Source: a virus. From it: DNA of 64,000 nucleotides. This document shows, one piece after another, positions 56,779-63,990 of the stretch. Location: the IMG/VR virus record IMGVR_UViG_3300048930_000242, positions 64,001-128,000 of that record; one strand, written 5' to 3'. The notes below the pieces were generated by a model. The model was not told the origin of the DNA. It ran no database searches and saw nothing but the letters and a program-made list of their open reading frames with translations. The translations under genes and the position numbers were made by a program. Position 1 is the first letter of the stretch. Every line of letters starts with the position of its first letter.

Positions 56779-57177
56779 TCAGCTCCAGGTCTTACCACCG
56801 TCGCGACTGATCACACGCGGCCCAGTGGTTCCGTTACGACCACCGGAGGTCATGTTGTAGTCACAATGAAACCGAACCGAGAAGCCATCTTCTTTCAAGT
56901 AGTAGTCGACTTCGGCCTCGACAATCATCTTAGAGAAAAAGGCCGATAGAAACTTTGGAAGAAGTGCGGTCACATCGCCTTCGTAGTATTCAGATTGAAC
57001 GTTGGCGCTTTGCTTTTGCTTAACTCGCTTCAGTGAGACGGCGCCAAACAGACCAACAAGTCCAGCCGCTTTCATTGCCGAAAGAATCTGCGATTCGTCA
57101 AGCAATGCTCCGGGAATTGCCTCTTTCTTCAGAGTCTTGCCGGATTCAACATTCTCAAAAATCTTTTCAATGGACAT
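56779..57177 (-). CDS. Hypothetical protein (probably late)
   Basis: Upstream ATAGATA at 57217-57223. Confidence 0.65.
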   Translation of the reverse strand: MSIEKIFENVESGKTLKKEAIPGALLDESQILSAMKAAGLVGLFGAVSLKRVKQKQSANVQSEYYEGDVTALLPKFLSAFFSKMIVEAEVDYYLKEDGFSVRFHCDYNMTSGGRNGTTGPRVISRDGGKTWS

Positions 57178-57311
57178 CTTATCTCTCTCTCTCTGTTAGT
57201 GAATTGCGAAGTCCATTATCTATTAGGCTGGTATGAGTTCCGAAGTCATACCGTATGAGCTTTGCTTCAGGCGCAAGCTCTTAAGCCACTCCGATCTTCG
57301 GAATCAGAAAT

Positions 57312-57385
57312 TGGTACCTCTGACAAGAATCGAACTTGTGTAGCTGGCATGTCATACCAGAGCTCTACCATTGAGCTACAGAGGC
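57312..57385 (-). tRNA. tRNA-Val(GAC)
   Basis: CTGGT-ATGACAT-GCCAG, CCA. Confidence 0.9.
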
Positions 57386-57391
57386 ATTGAA

Positions 57392-57985
57392 TCAAATCGC
57401 GACGACGATCTTCTTTCCAGGAGTGCCGAACATCGCCTTGGTGTGAAGCTCTCCTCCGATGTCTCTTCGATAGAAGTACTCGGAGAAGTAAGGATGCTGG
57501 ACCAACTCTGGGTCGTCCGGTTCTACATCATGAAGAGTATCAGGCGCCAACAGAGCGGCCGCTTGGTCTCGAGGAATAGCGTACTTCTTCATGAAGTCCA
57601 GGCCAACCTCTTTGATCATGAACCGGAGCATCGGTCCAGAAGTCTCGTTGAAAGCTCTTCCGAAGTCCTCTCTGATCTGCATCGCCAGAGCGGCTTTTCC
57701 TTCGGCGGTTCCATCGGTGAAGACGGCAACTCGCTTTCGACCACCCTTGTCCTTGTAGAAAGCGCCTGAGACGATCGACTCTCCTCGGCGGATCAACTTC
57801 CACATTGGAAGGTTCCGAACCATGTCATCAGGAGAGCGGAATCCAGAACCATGGATTCCGCCGATCTTCGCATAGGCCTTCTTCAGCTTCTCAAAGACCT
57901 CCTCAGCGTACTTCTCTCGGATCGCTCGATCGTCGGTAAAAAGGTTCAGAACCCTCTCGGCGAGGAACTGTTCAAAGAGTAGCAT
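57392..57985 (-). CDS. Hypothetical protein with capsid-targeting-like N-terminus
   Basis: MLLFEQFLAE; ATAGATA at 58016-58022. Confidence 0.7.
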   Translation of the reverse strand: MLLFEQFLAERVLNLFTDDRAIREKYAEEVFEKLKKAYAKIGGIHGSGFRSPDDMVRNLPMWKLIRRGESIVSGAFYKDKGGRKRVAVFTDGTAEGKAALAMQIREDFGRAFNETSGPMLRFMIKEVGLDFMKKYAIPRDQAAALLAPDTLHDVEPDDPELVQHPYFSEYFYRRDIGGELHTKAMFGTPGKKIVVAI

Positions 57986-58024
57986 GGTTGGTTTCCGTGT
58001 TGGTCAGAGTCCAACTATCTATTC

Positions 58025-58597
58025 TCAGTCACTCCGCTCCGCAAAGGAGTTCCGAAGCTCATTGACGAACTTCGGAAGCAGATGGACTCGCTGGAACCGG
58101 TGATGGCCTTTGTCATAGACCTCGACATCCATGTACTTCGTCAAGAGTTCGATGTTCGGCCGCTGGTCGATGATCTCGTCACCGAGTTCGATCAGAGCGA
58201 CGCCGTGGACTCCAGAAGCGAACTTGAATGCTCCTTGGTACATCGCTTCGTAGCGAGCCTTCAGGTGGAGAGGAGCATCAGGTCCGAAGTACCGATCAGG
58301 ACGAAACGAAGGATTGATCAGAAGACACTTGCCGGAACTAGCGCCGGCCGCCGCCAGAGCCCAGAGAGCACCGAAAGAGTGTCCAACGAAGATGTCGTCC
58401 GGCCGAGTGCAGTCAAGGACAATGTCGACCATCTGGTCCGGCTGGCTGAAGTCCATGTTGATGCATGCCTTCGGAGCCTGAAGCGCCTTGTACTTCGAAG
58501 ACTCATGAGATGAGTCAAGACCATGGAAGAAGAAATTCACCGACTCAGGTCGGCTTTGGTTCGTTCCATAGTCAGTCACAAGAAGTCGGCTCATCAT
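58025..58597 (-). CDS. Alpha/beta hydrolase (YqiA-like esterase)
   Basis: HG..SS, GHSFG, LINP, DE, H.F. Confidence 0.82.
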   Translation of the reverse strand: MMSRLLVTDYGTNQSRPESVNFFFHGLDSSHESSKYKALQAPKACINMDFSQPDQMVDIVLDCTRPDDIFVGHSFGALWALAAAGASSGKCLLINPSFRPDRYFGPDAPLHLKARYEAMYQGAFKFASGVHGVALIELGDEIIDQRPNIELLTKYMDVEVYDKGHHRFQRVHLLPKFVNELRNSFAERSD

Positions 58598-58610
58598 GAT
58601 CTCCTAAAAG

Positions 58611-58700
58611 TGGCGGATGGCACAGGTATCGATCCCGATGGCTCTGTGGCCACGTATGGGTTAGCAACCCACCCTGACAACCCCGGTCAGTTTACCATCC
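58611..58700 (-). tRNA. tRNA-Ser(GCT), 8/4 fold
   Basis: GGATGGTA/TGCCATCC-G-CCA. Confidence 0.9.
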
Positions 58701-58951
58701 ATGTTAGTCGTAGTAGCCTTCTTCGAGAGCCCATCCGTAGAGAATCAGCTCGAGATCTTCAAGCGGCGCTTGATAGAACTCATTGGCGATCTCAAGATAC
58801 GGATGGCCACCGGTCGGAGAAGTGAAGATCGCCAGATTACCTGCGTAGAGGTAGCACTCGCGATCCGAAAAGTCGTCATTGTTAGTCGGCGACCGTGTGG
58901 CTTGGAACTCTGCGAAGGTCATCATTGCTGCTTCTCCTAGACTATGATAGA

Positions 58952-58996
58952 ATTCTACCACAACGGAGATGAGATGTACAGCACTGAATTGTAAAC
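58952..58996 (-). promoter_or_regulatory. Early promoter copy
   Basis: GTTTACAATTCAGTGC-TGTACA-N17-TAGAAT. Confidence 0.85.
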
Positions 58997-59097
58997 AATG
59001 TTGCTTCCGAAGGTTGGGACTGGATTACCCAACTTGCAAGAGTCCTTGGTAGAACTCGTTGCCACTCATTACTTACTTGCCGTAAGCCTTCGGAAAA

Positions 59098-59185
59098 TGG
59101 CGGAAAGCCGAGGTCTCGATCCCCAGTCCTCTCGGACCGATTCGCTTTCAAGGCGGTCCCGGCGCGCCTGTCCGGTTGACTTTCC
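59098..59185 (-). tRNA. tRNA-Ser(TGA), 8/4 fold
   Basis: GGAAAGTC/GGCTTTCC-G-CCA. Confidence 0.9.
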
Positions 59186-59189
59186 ATAT

Positions 59190-59277
59190 TGGTACTCTCG
59201 ATGGGACTCGAACCCACAACCCAGTTTCCCAGGTACGGCACCTCAAGCCGTTGCGTATGCCATTCCGCCACGAGAGC
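59190..59277 (-). tRNA. tRNA-Leu(GAG)
   Basis: Long V arm, CCA. Confidence 0.93.
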
Positions 59278-59287
59278 ATTGAAACTT

Positions 59288-59362
59288 TGGTGCCCCAACA
59301 GAGAATCGAACTCCGATCTAACCCTTACCAAGGGCTTGTACTAACCGTTGTACTATAGGGGC
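59288..59362 (-). tRNA. tRNA-Thr(GGT)
   Basis: Cloverleaf, CCA. Confidence 0.92.
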
Positions 59363-59368
59363 GAAACT

Positions 59369-59445
59369 TGGAGCCGTCGGCGAGGACTTAAACCCGCACT
59401 ATCCTTCTTACGAGGAAGGTTGCACTATCATTATGCTACGACGGC
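59369..59445 (-). tRNA. tRNA-Thr(CGT), atypical T arm
   Basis: CCTTC-CTCGTAA-GAAGG; T loop TTTAAGT. Confidence 0.85.
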
Positions 59446-59547
59446 ATTGTAAATTACACGCACCGTCCAAAAGGCCCATTTCTTTTGAACTAGCTCTTCT
59501 TTCTTCATAGAGCTGGATGCTATTAGGCTAAATGCGTGCAACTTGAT

Positions 59548-59623
59548 TGGCGCGGCTACCAGGACTCGAACCTGGACCCCATGGCTTCGTAGGCCAGGAC
59601 ATTCTCCATTGTGCTATAGCCGC
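59548..59623 (-). tRNA. tRNA-Arg(ACG)
   Basis: CTACGAA loop, CCA. Confidence 0.9.
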
Positions 59624-59718
59624 ATTGAACTAAAGAGTCGCCCTGGTTCTGAGCCAGCGTATAGAAGCTTGATTCTACAAGACATTCTATGGGTTCCGCA
59701 CCAGCAACTCATTGAAAT

Positions 59719-59795
59719 TGGCGACCCCGGAGAGACTCGAACTCCCAACATCCTGGTTCGAAGCCAGGTGCAACTATCCATTGTGCTACGGGGTC
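59719..59795 (-). tRNA. tRNA-Arg(TCG)
   Basis: CCTGG-CTTCGAA-CCAGG, CCA. Confidence 0.9.
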
Positions 59796-59802
59796 ATGTG
59801 AT

Positions 59803-59876
59803 TGGTAGCGGGCCCTGAGTTGAACTAGGCTCTTCAGCGTATGAAACTGACGAGGTCGCCGGACCTCCTACCCGCT
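59803..59876 (-). tRNA. Atypical tRNA (CAT)
   Basis: TTCATAC loop, 5-bp D stem, weak T stem, CCA. Confidence 0.7.
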
Positions 59877-59889
59877 ATTGAATGTTTAG

Positions 59890-59964
59890 TGGTGTGACCG
59901 ATGGGAATCGAACCCATATCGGAGCATTCACAGTGCTCCACTCTGGCCATTGAGCTACGGCCAC
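59890..59964 (-). tRNA. tRNA-His(GTG) with A73
   Basis: GAGCA-CTGTGAA-TGCTC; no G-1:C73. Confidence 0.92.
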
Positions 59965-59979
59965 ACCACTAAACACTTC

Positions 59980-60603
59980 TTAAATTTCAAATTCTTTGCA
60001 TTCTCTAAGAGTTTCAATTATCTTGAGATTCGGAACAGTCTCGCGAATTACTTTCAACTTTTCCGCTTGAACTCTTACCGCATGCTGATTTTTAGGATCA
60101 AGATACAAATTGAACTTCGGAAGGTAGAAATCAGGAAAATAATTATGAATCACGCCATCATTATCTTTCCATTCAACTGGACCAGGACGAATCCATTCTA
60201 TTTCAAGAAAATCGAGTCTCTTAGCTAGTTCCAATTCCCAACTAGAATCAAGAGTAACTCCGTTGTAGTCAATTGGATTCTTGCGCAATCTTCTGTGTTT
60301 TGATTTTAGCGCAGCTTCACTTATTTTCTTTTTCGATTCTTGCGTGTGCTTCTTTCCTGGCTTCCCTTTTAGGGCTGCGTTTTTGTCTTTGTACTTACCA
60401 AGTTTTGCGTTGGCTGATACTGTTCTCTTTCTCTTTTCTTCGGCTTCTTTCGAATGGACATTTTCCCAAATTCGACTTTTCAAATTTTCTACGTATTGGC
60501 TAATTTTAGGATTTGATTCACACCATCTAGAATGATTAGCCATCCATCCTTTTGGCTTATCAACAGTTTCGAAAATTTGGCCACAATGCTTACAGGTTGG
60601 CAT
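59980..60603 (-). mobile_element. Putative homing endonuclease (NUMOD3 plus PD-(D/E)xK domain) inside the tRNA array
   Basis: CxxC, GKKHTQESKKKIS, SSWE..YFPDFYL..YLDPK; AT-rich. Confidence 0.75.
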
Positions 60604-60623
60604 AACTCTCTTCTAATAGAAAT

Positions 60624-60703
60624 TGGCGCGCCTGGCAGGATTCGAACCCGCGTGTATCCAGCTAACCTTTCAAGGAGTTAGAAGCTCCAGGGTATACAGG
60701 CGC
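60624..60703 (-). tRNA. Rearranged tRNA-Arg(TCT)-like RNA
   Basis: Normal acceptor, T arm and CCA; anticodon arm directly after the acceptor; D-loop motif AGCTGGATA after it. Confidence 0.8.
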
Positions 60704-60914
60704 GTATTATCTATACGGAAGACAGTTACTTTATCCACTTAGGCGCGTGCCTAATCCATTCGAGCCACGAGGCGATTTGTATCAGAACCGACCAGACCAG
60801 AAGATCGAAACAATAAGAGCCGTAATCAAGACATCGCGAATCATCTTCGCGTAGTGCAATCGAGCTTCAAGCTGCTTGTTCGTCATCATGTCTTCATCTC
60901 CATTTGTTAGAAGT

Positions 60915-60959
60915 ATTCTAACACCTTTCGATGCGCTTGTCCAGCACTGAATTGTAAAC
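60915..60959 (-). promoter_or_regulatory. Early promoter copy
   Basis: GTTTACAATTCAGTGC-TGGACA-N17-TAGAAT. Confidence 0.85.
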
Positions 60960-60961
60960 TT

Positions 60962-61055
60962 TGGTACTCCTATCAGGACTCGAACCTGAACTGACCGCTA
61001 ATCTGGCGGAAATCGGGTTTATAAGGCCCGCCGTGCTACCTTACACTATAGGAGC
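60962..61055 (-). tRNA. tRNA-Ile(TAT) with long variable arm
   Basis: CTTATAA loop; V arm CCGC-CAGATTA-GCGG; CCA. Confidence 0.85.
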
Positions 61056-61059
61056 AAAG

Positions 61060-61137
61060 TGGTACCACGAGTGGGAATCGAACCCGACCTGATCTGTCTT
61101 GTAAGGACAGTGTTCTCACCAGAAAAGCGATCGTGGC
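61060..61137 (-). tRNA. tRNA-Val(TAC)
   Basis: CTGTC-CTTACAA-GACAG, CCA. Confidence 0.85.
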
Positions 61138-61145
61138 ATTGAATT

Positions 61146-61216
61146 TGGCGGAAGCTATCGATGCGGGCTGCGCAACCCGATCCTCCCTTGCAAGAAAGAT
61201 CTACACCGTAACCTCC
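61146..61216 (-). ncRNA. CCA-ending non-cloverleaf RNA
   Basis: GGAGGTTA/TAGCTTCC-G-CCA, a second helix and two hairpins. Confidence 0.7.
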
Positions 61217-61228
61217 ATTGAACTTGTT

Positions 61229-61360
61229 GCTTAGTAGTTCATGCCTGATGGTGCAGACGCCATCACATTGTGATCTAGCCCCTGAACCAAACCTTTCGGC
61301 TACTCGCTTGACGCTTTGCCCATCGATATGATGAGGTTCTACGTACATGAGCTACTAAGC
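61229..61360 (-). ncRNA. Unassigned ~130-nt RNA with a 15-bp terminal stem
   Basis: GCTTAGTAGCTCATG ... CATGAACTACTAAGC. Confidence 0.6.
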
Positions 61361-61364
61361 ATTC

Positions 61365-61441
61365 TGGTACCCTTAGTCGGATTCGAACCGACATCCACCG
61401 GATTTTAAGTCCAGCCGCGCTGCCAGTTAGCGTACAAGGGC
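61365..61441 (-). tRNA. tRNA-Leu(TAA), short V arm
   Basis: CTTAAAA loop, CCA. Confidence 0.9.
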
Positions 61442-61726
61442 AAATCTTATTTCTTGATGATCATCTGGGCCAAGTCCTCAAGGCTATTGGCCGAGAACTT
61501 AGCTACTCCTTGGTCTCCATCCATCAACACGTCAATGGTAAACCCGTGCTGCCCTTTCTTGACACCGATGATAGTCGCTCTAGTGTTGCCTCGACGATCC
61601 CGAGTGTTCTTGAACCTAATGATCTTTCCGATCAGGTCGCTCTCGTCCATTATCATCTCTGTTAGTTAGATGGCTATCTAAGAACCCTCTCGTGCCCTCT
61701 AAGGCAGAGGAGAAGGCCATGTTGAT

Positions 61727-61803
61727 TGGTACCCCAGAGGAGATTCGAACTCCCAACCACGAACTTTTGAGGATCGCCGCACTGCCAGTTAGCGTACCGG
61801 GGC
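61727..61803 (-). tRNA. tRNA-Leu(CAA), short V arm
   Basis: CTCAAAA loop, CCA. Confidence 0.88.
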
Positions 61804-61811
61804 ATTGAATT

Positions 61812-61886
61812 TGGAGCGGGTAGTGGGAATCGAACCCACCTAATCTTCCTTGGCAAGGAAGCAATCAACCACTGACTCATACCCGC
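61812..61886 (-). tRNA. tRNA-Gly(GCC)
   Basis: TTGCCAA loop, U73, CCA. Confidence 0.92.
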
Positions 61887-61895
61887 ATAACTCAC

Positions 61896-61986
61896 TGGTG
61901 GGACGAGTGGGATTTGAACCCACGATGAGGATTTCTCCTGTCGGATTAAAAGTCCGATGTCTTCGACCAGACTTGACGACCGTCCC
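61896..61986 (-). tRNA. tRNA-Lys(TTT) with long variable arm
   Basis: TCGGA-CTTTTAA-TCCGA; V arm AGGA-GAAA-TCCT. Confidence 0.88.
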
Positions 61987-62065
61987 GTATCTGTCACTAT
62001 AGGAATTCATCTCCTATAGAGGCCTCTTCTCAAGAGGACTTCAGCCCGATTGACCGGGAACAAAA

Positions 62066-62140
62066 TGGTAGCGAGAGAGGGATTTGAACCCACACCGCCG
62101 GCTTATGAGGCCAGCAATCTGCCAGTTAATATATCTCGCG
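62066..62140 (-). tRNA. tRNA-Met(CAT), initiator-like
   Basis: C1xU72 mismatch, CTCATAA, CCA. Confidence 0.85.
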
Positions 62141-62146
62141 TCAAAC

Positions 62147-62274
62147 TTTATCGTACCTGCCACCCCGCAGACCTCAGCCGTAGGCTCTTCCTTAAGAAGC
62201 GTACCTATTTGCCCGGTAGGGACTTCGTACTTCGATTAGGATTTCTCCGTTGAGCGGTACGAAGACACGATAAA
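62147..62274 (-). ncRNA. Unassigned ~125-nt structured RNA
   Basis: TTTATCGT/ACGATAAA terminal stem; CTTCGTAC/GTACGAAG internal stem. Confidence 0.55.
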
Positions 62275-62276
62275 CT

Positions 62277-62352
62277 TGGCGCCTCCTCCAGGTTTCGAAC
62301 CTGACTCTCCTGCTTTTCAAGCAGGCGCTTTCACCAGATTAGCTTAGAAGGC
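62277..62352 (-). tRNA. tRNA-Phe(GAA)
   Basis: CCTGC-TTGAAAA-GCAGG, CCA. Confidence 0.9.
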
Positions 62353-62428
62353 ATTGTGATAGTTGGCTCCTTGGTTTGAGGATTTGGCGACTTCCATCGT
62401 CGTCATTAGCCTTAAGGAGCTCGTTGAT

Positions 62429-62504
62429 TGGCAGCGAAGGTTGGTTTCGATCCAACTGCAATACTTTCAGAGAGTATCGGCTCAGCCACTTGCTCTTCTT
62501 CGCT
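62429..62504 (-). tRNA. tRNA-Gln(CTG)
   Basis: ATACT-CTCTGAA-AGTAT; A54 T loop; CCA. Confidence 0.85.
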
Positions 62505-62510
62505 ATTGTT

Positions 62511-62586
62511 TGGCAGCCCAGTACGGGATCGAACCGTATCCTCAGCGCTTCAAAGGCGCGGATGCAAGCCATTACACCACTGGGCA
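62511..62586 (-). tRNA. tRNA-Gln(TTG)
   Basis: CTTTGAA loop, CCA. Confidence 0.9.
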
Positions 62587-62595
62587 ACAATTGTT

Positions 62596-62672
62596 TGGCT
62601 CCTGAGGTACGACTCGAACGTACAGCCTCCGAATTAACAGTCCGGTGAATCTACCATTGATCCTACTCAGGA
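62596..62672 (-). tRNA. tRNA-Asn(GTT)
   Basis: CTGTTAA loop, G73, CCA. Confidence 0.92.
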
Positions 62673-62681
62673 ATTGAATTT

Positions 62682-62772
62682 TGGTGCGCGCAGATGGACT
62701 CGAACCACCACAGACTTATTTGGATGCGGCTGCTTTACAGGCAGCGGAGCTCAACCAGTGCTCAGTACGCGC
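62682..62772 (-). tRNA. tRNA-Tyr(GTA)
   Basis: GCTGC-CTGTAAA-GCAGC, long V region. Confidence 0.9.
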
Positions 62773-62781
62773 GTTGAAACT

Positions 62782-62857
62782 TGGTCTCTGAGAGAGGACT
62801 CGAACCTCCAACCCCTGCGCCCCAAACGCAAAGCTCTACCAATTGAGCTACTCAGAG
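62782..62857 (-). tRNA. tRNA-Pro(TGG)
   Basis: TTTGGGG loop, C1:G72, CCA. Confidence 0.92.
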
Positions 62858-62882
62858 AGAAAACTTTACAAGTAGATGGTTC

Positions 62883-62926
62883 ATTCTACCACCAAACCAT
62901 CTGCTTGTACAGCTTTGAAGTGTAAC
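62883..62926 (-). promoter_or_regulatory. Early promoter copy driving the tRNA array
   Basis: TGTACA-N17-TAGAAT. Confidence 0.75.
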
Positions 62927-62928
62927 AA

Positions 62929-63830
62929 GGTAGCCTGAGAATACGGCTTCCGGTGGTTGCCTTTCGGAGCATTATCACCATGTTGCGACACGGCGTTCTC
63001 TCCTTATCCACCTCCAGCAAGGAGGTATCAACCGTAGCGGCCTTTTTAGACTGGTGGCGTTTCCAGTGTCGTCATGTTCTATTCCAGGCCTTGTCTACCG
63101 CCTACCTTGCGACGAGCAGTACGGGCTGCTACACCCTACGTGCGACTCTTCCTGAACAACCTTTGACTTTGCGATTCTTAGGTTGACTTGATTCACCCGA
63201 AGGTGTCAAGTATTACGCTACTTTCAAACATGACCGGCAACGACTTTGCGTTTTAGTTGATGTGGGATTTGAACCGCACGCCAATTCCTTTAGATGGAAT
63301 TGCTCTACCAATGAGCTAATCGTAACCTCCTGAAGACGAGCGTTGCCGTGACTTCATGGACTTTTGGTCCACAAAATACCACCCGCCTAGTATCCTTTCG
63401 ACCGCTAAGTCTAGTCAGATCAGTTGTACCTTCTCGGCTCTTGCGAAGCCGAAACCTTACAACCTGGTGAACCGCTCTTGGCCGCTAAACCTCGAACTTT
63501 GATCACCTTCATGTTCAGCTTTGCTACTCGGTCTGTTTCGCTATGATATGCGAGTGCGAATCGCCAGGAGTCTTTCTACCAGTTGGCCTTGGACTCTTTT
63601 CTCATCAAACCTTCGCGGCTATCTCCGTCACCGAAGAGGCGCTTGTGGCGCCAGCGTTGCATGATTGTTTAGATGGACCTTTCGGCGGTGGTCGGGGAGG
63701 CCTTCCACCTTTCTGCACCTTGCGGTACAACATCCTTTCATCTTTTCACTTTCGATCAAGATGTGCTAAACCAGACGGATTTCTCCGTTTCGTCCTTTTT
63801 GAAGGGAGGACTCTTCAGTAGTTCCCTTTG
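62929..63830 (-). ncRNA. Large (~900 nt) structured RNA, GOLLD-like
   Basis: ORF-free, dense GNRA/UUCG hairpins, inside a phage tRNA array, embedded tRNA-like element; family inferred from size and context only. Confidence 0.65.
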
Positions 63831-63835
63831 AAGCT

Positions 63836-63910
63836 TGGCGCGCCGCGTAGGACTCGAACCCACATCTTTCGGCTTTGGAGGCCGACATCTTGCCATTAGA
63901 CGAACGACGC
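63836..63910 (-). tRNA. tRNA-Trp(CCA)
   Basis: TCGGC-CTCCAAA-GCCGA, CCA. Confidence 0.92.
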
Positions 63911-63916
63911 AACGAG

Positions 63917-63990
63917 TGGCGGGATGGAAGGGAATCGAACCCTCATTCTCTCGTAGACAGCGAGGCATCTTACCACTAGATGACCACCCC
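63917..63990 (-). tRNA. tRNA-Asp(GTC)
   Basis: CTGTCTA loop, G73, CCA. Confidence 0.9.

Noticed and set aside
59098-59185. Selenocysteine tRNA because of the 8-bp acceptor and TGA
   Set aside because: The anticodon is UGA (reads Ser UCA), not UCA, and the T stem has 4 bp
21835-62926. Repeated GAATTGTAAAC blocks as a CRISPR array or IS ends
   Set aside because: Irregular kilobase spacing, no cas or transposase genes, and each copy fits a -35/N17/-10 promoter
58942-63968. Short ORFs across the tRNA array
   Set aside because: They overlap tRNAs or structured RNAs; only 59980..60603 and two or three tiny inter-tRNA ORFs look coding
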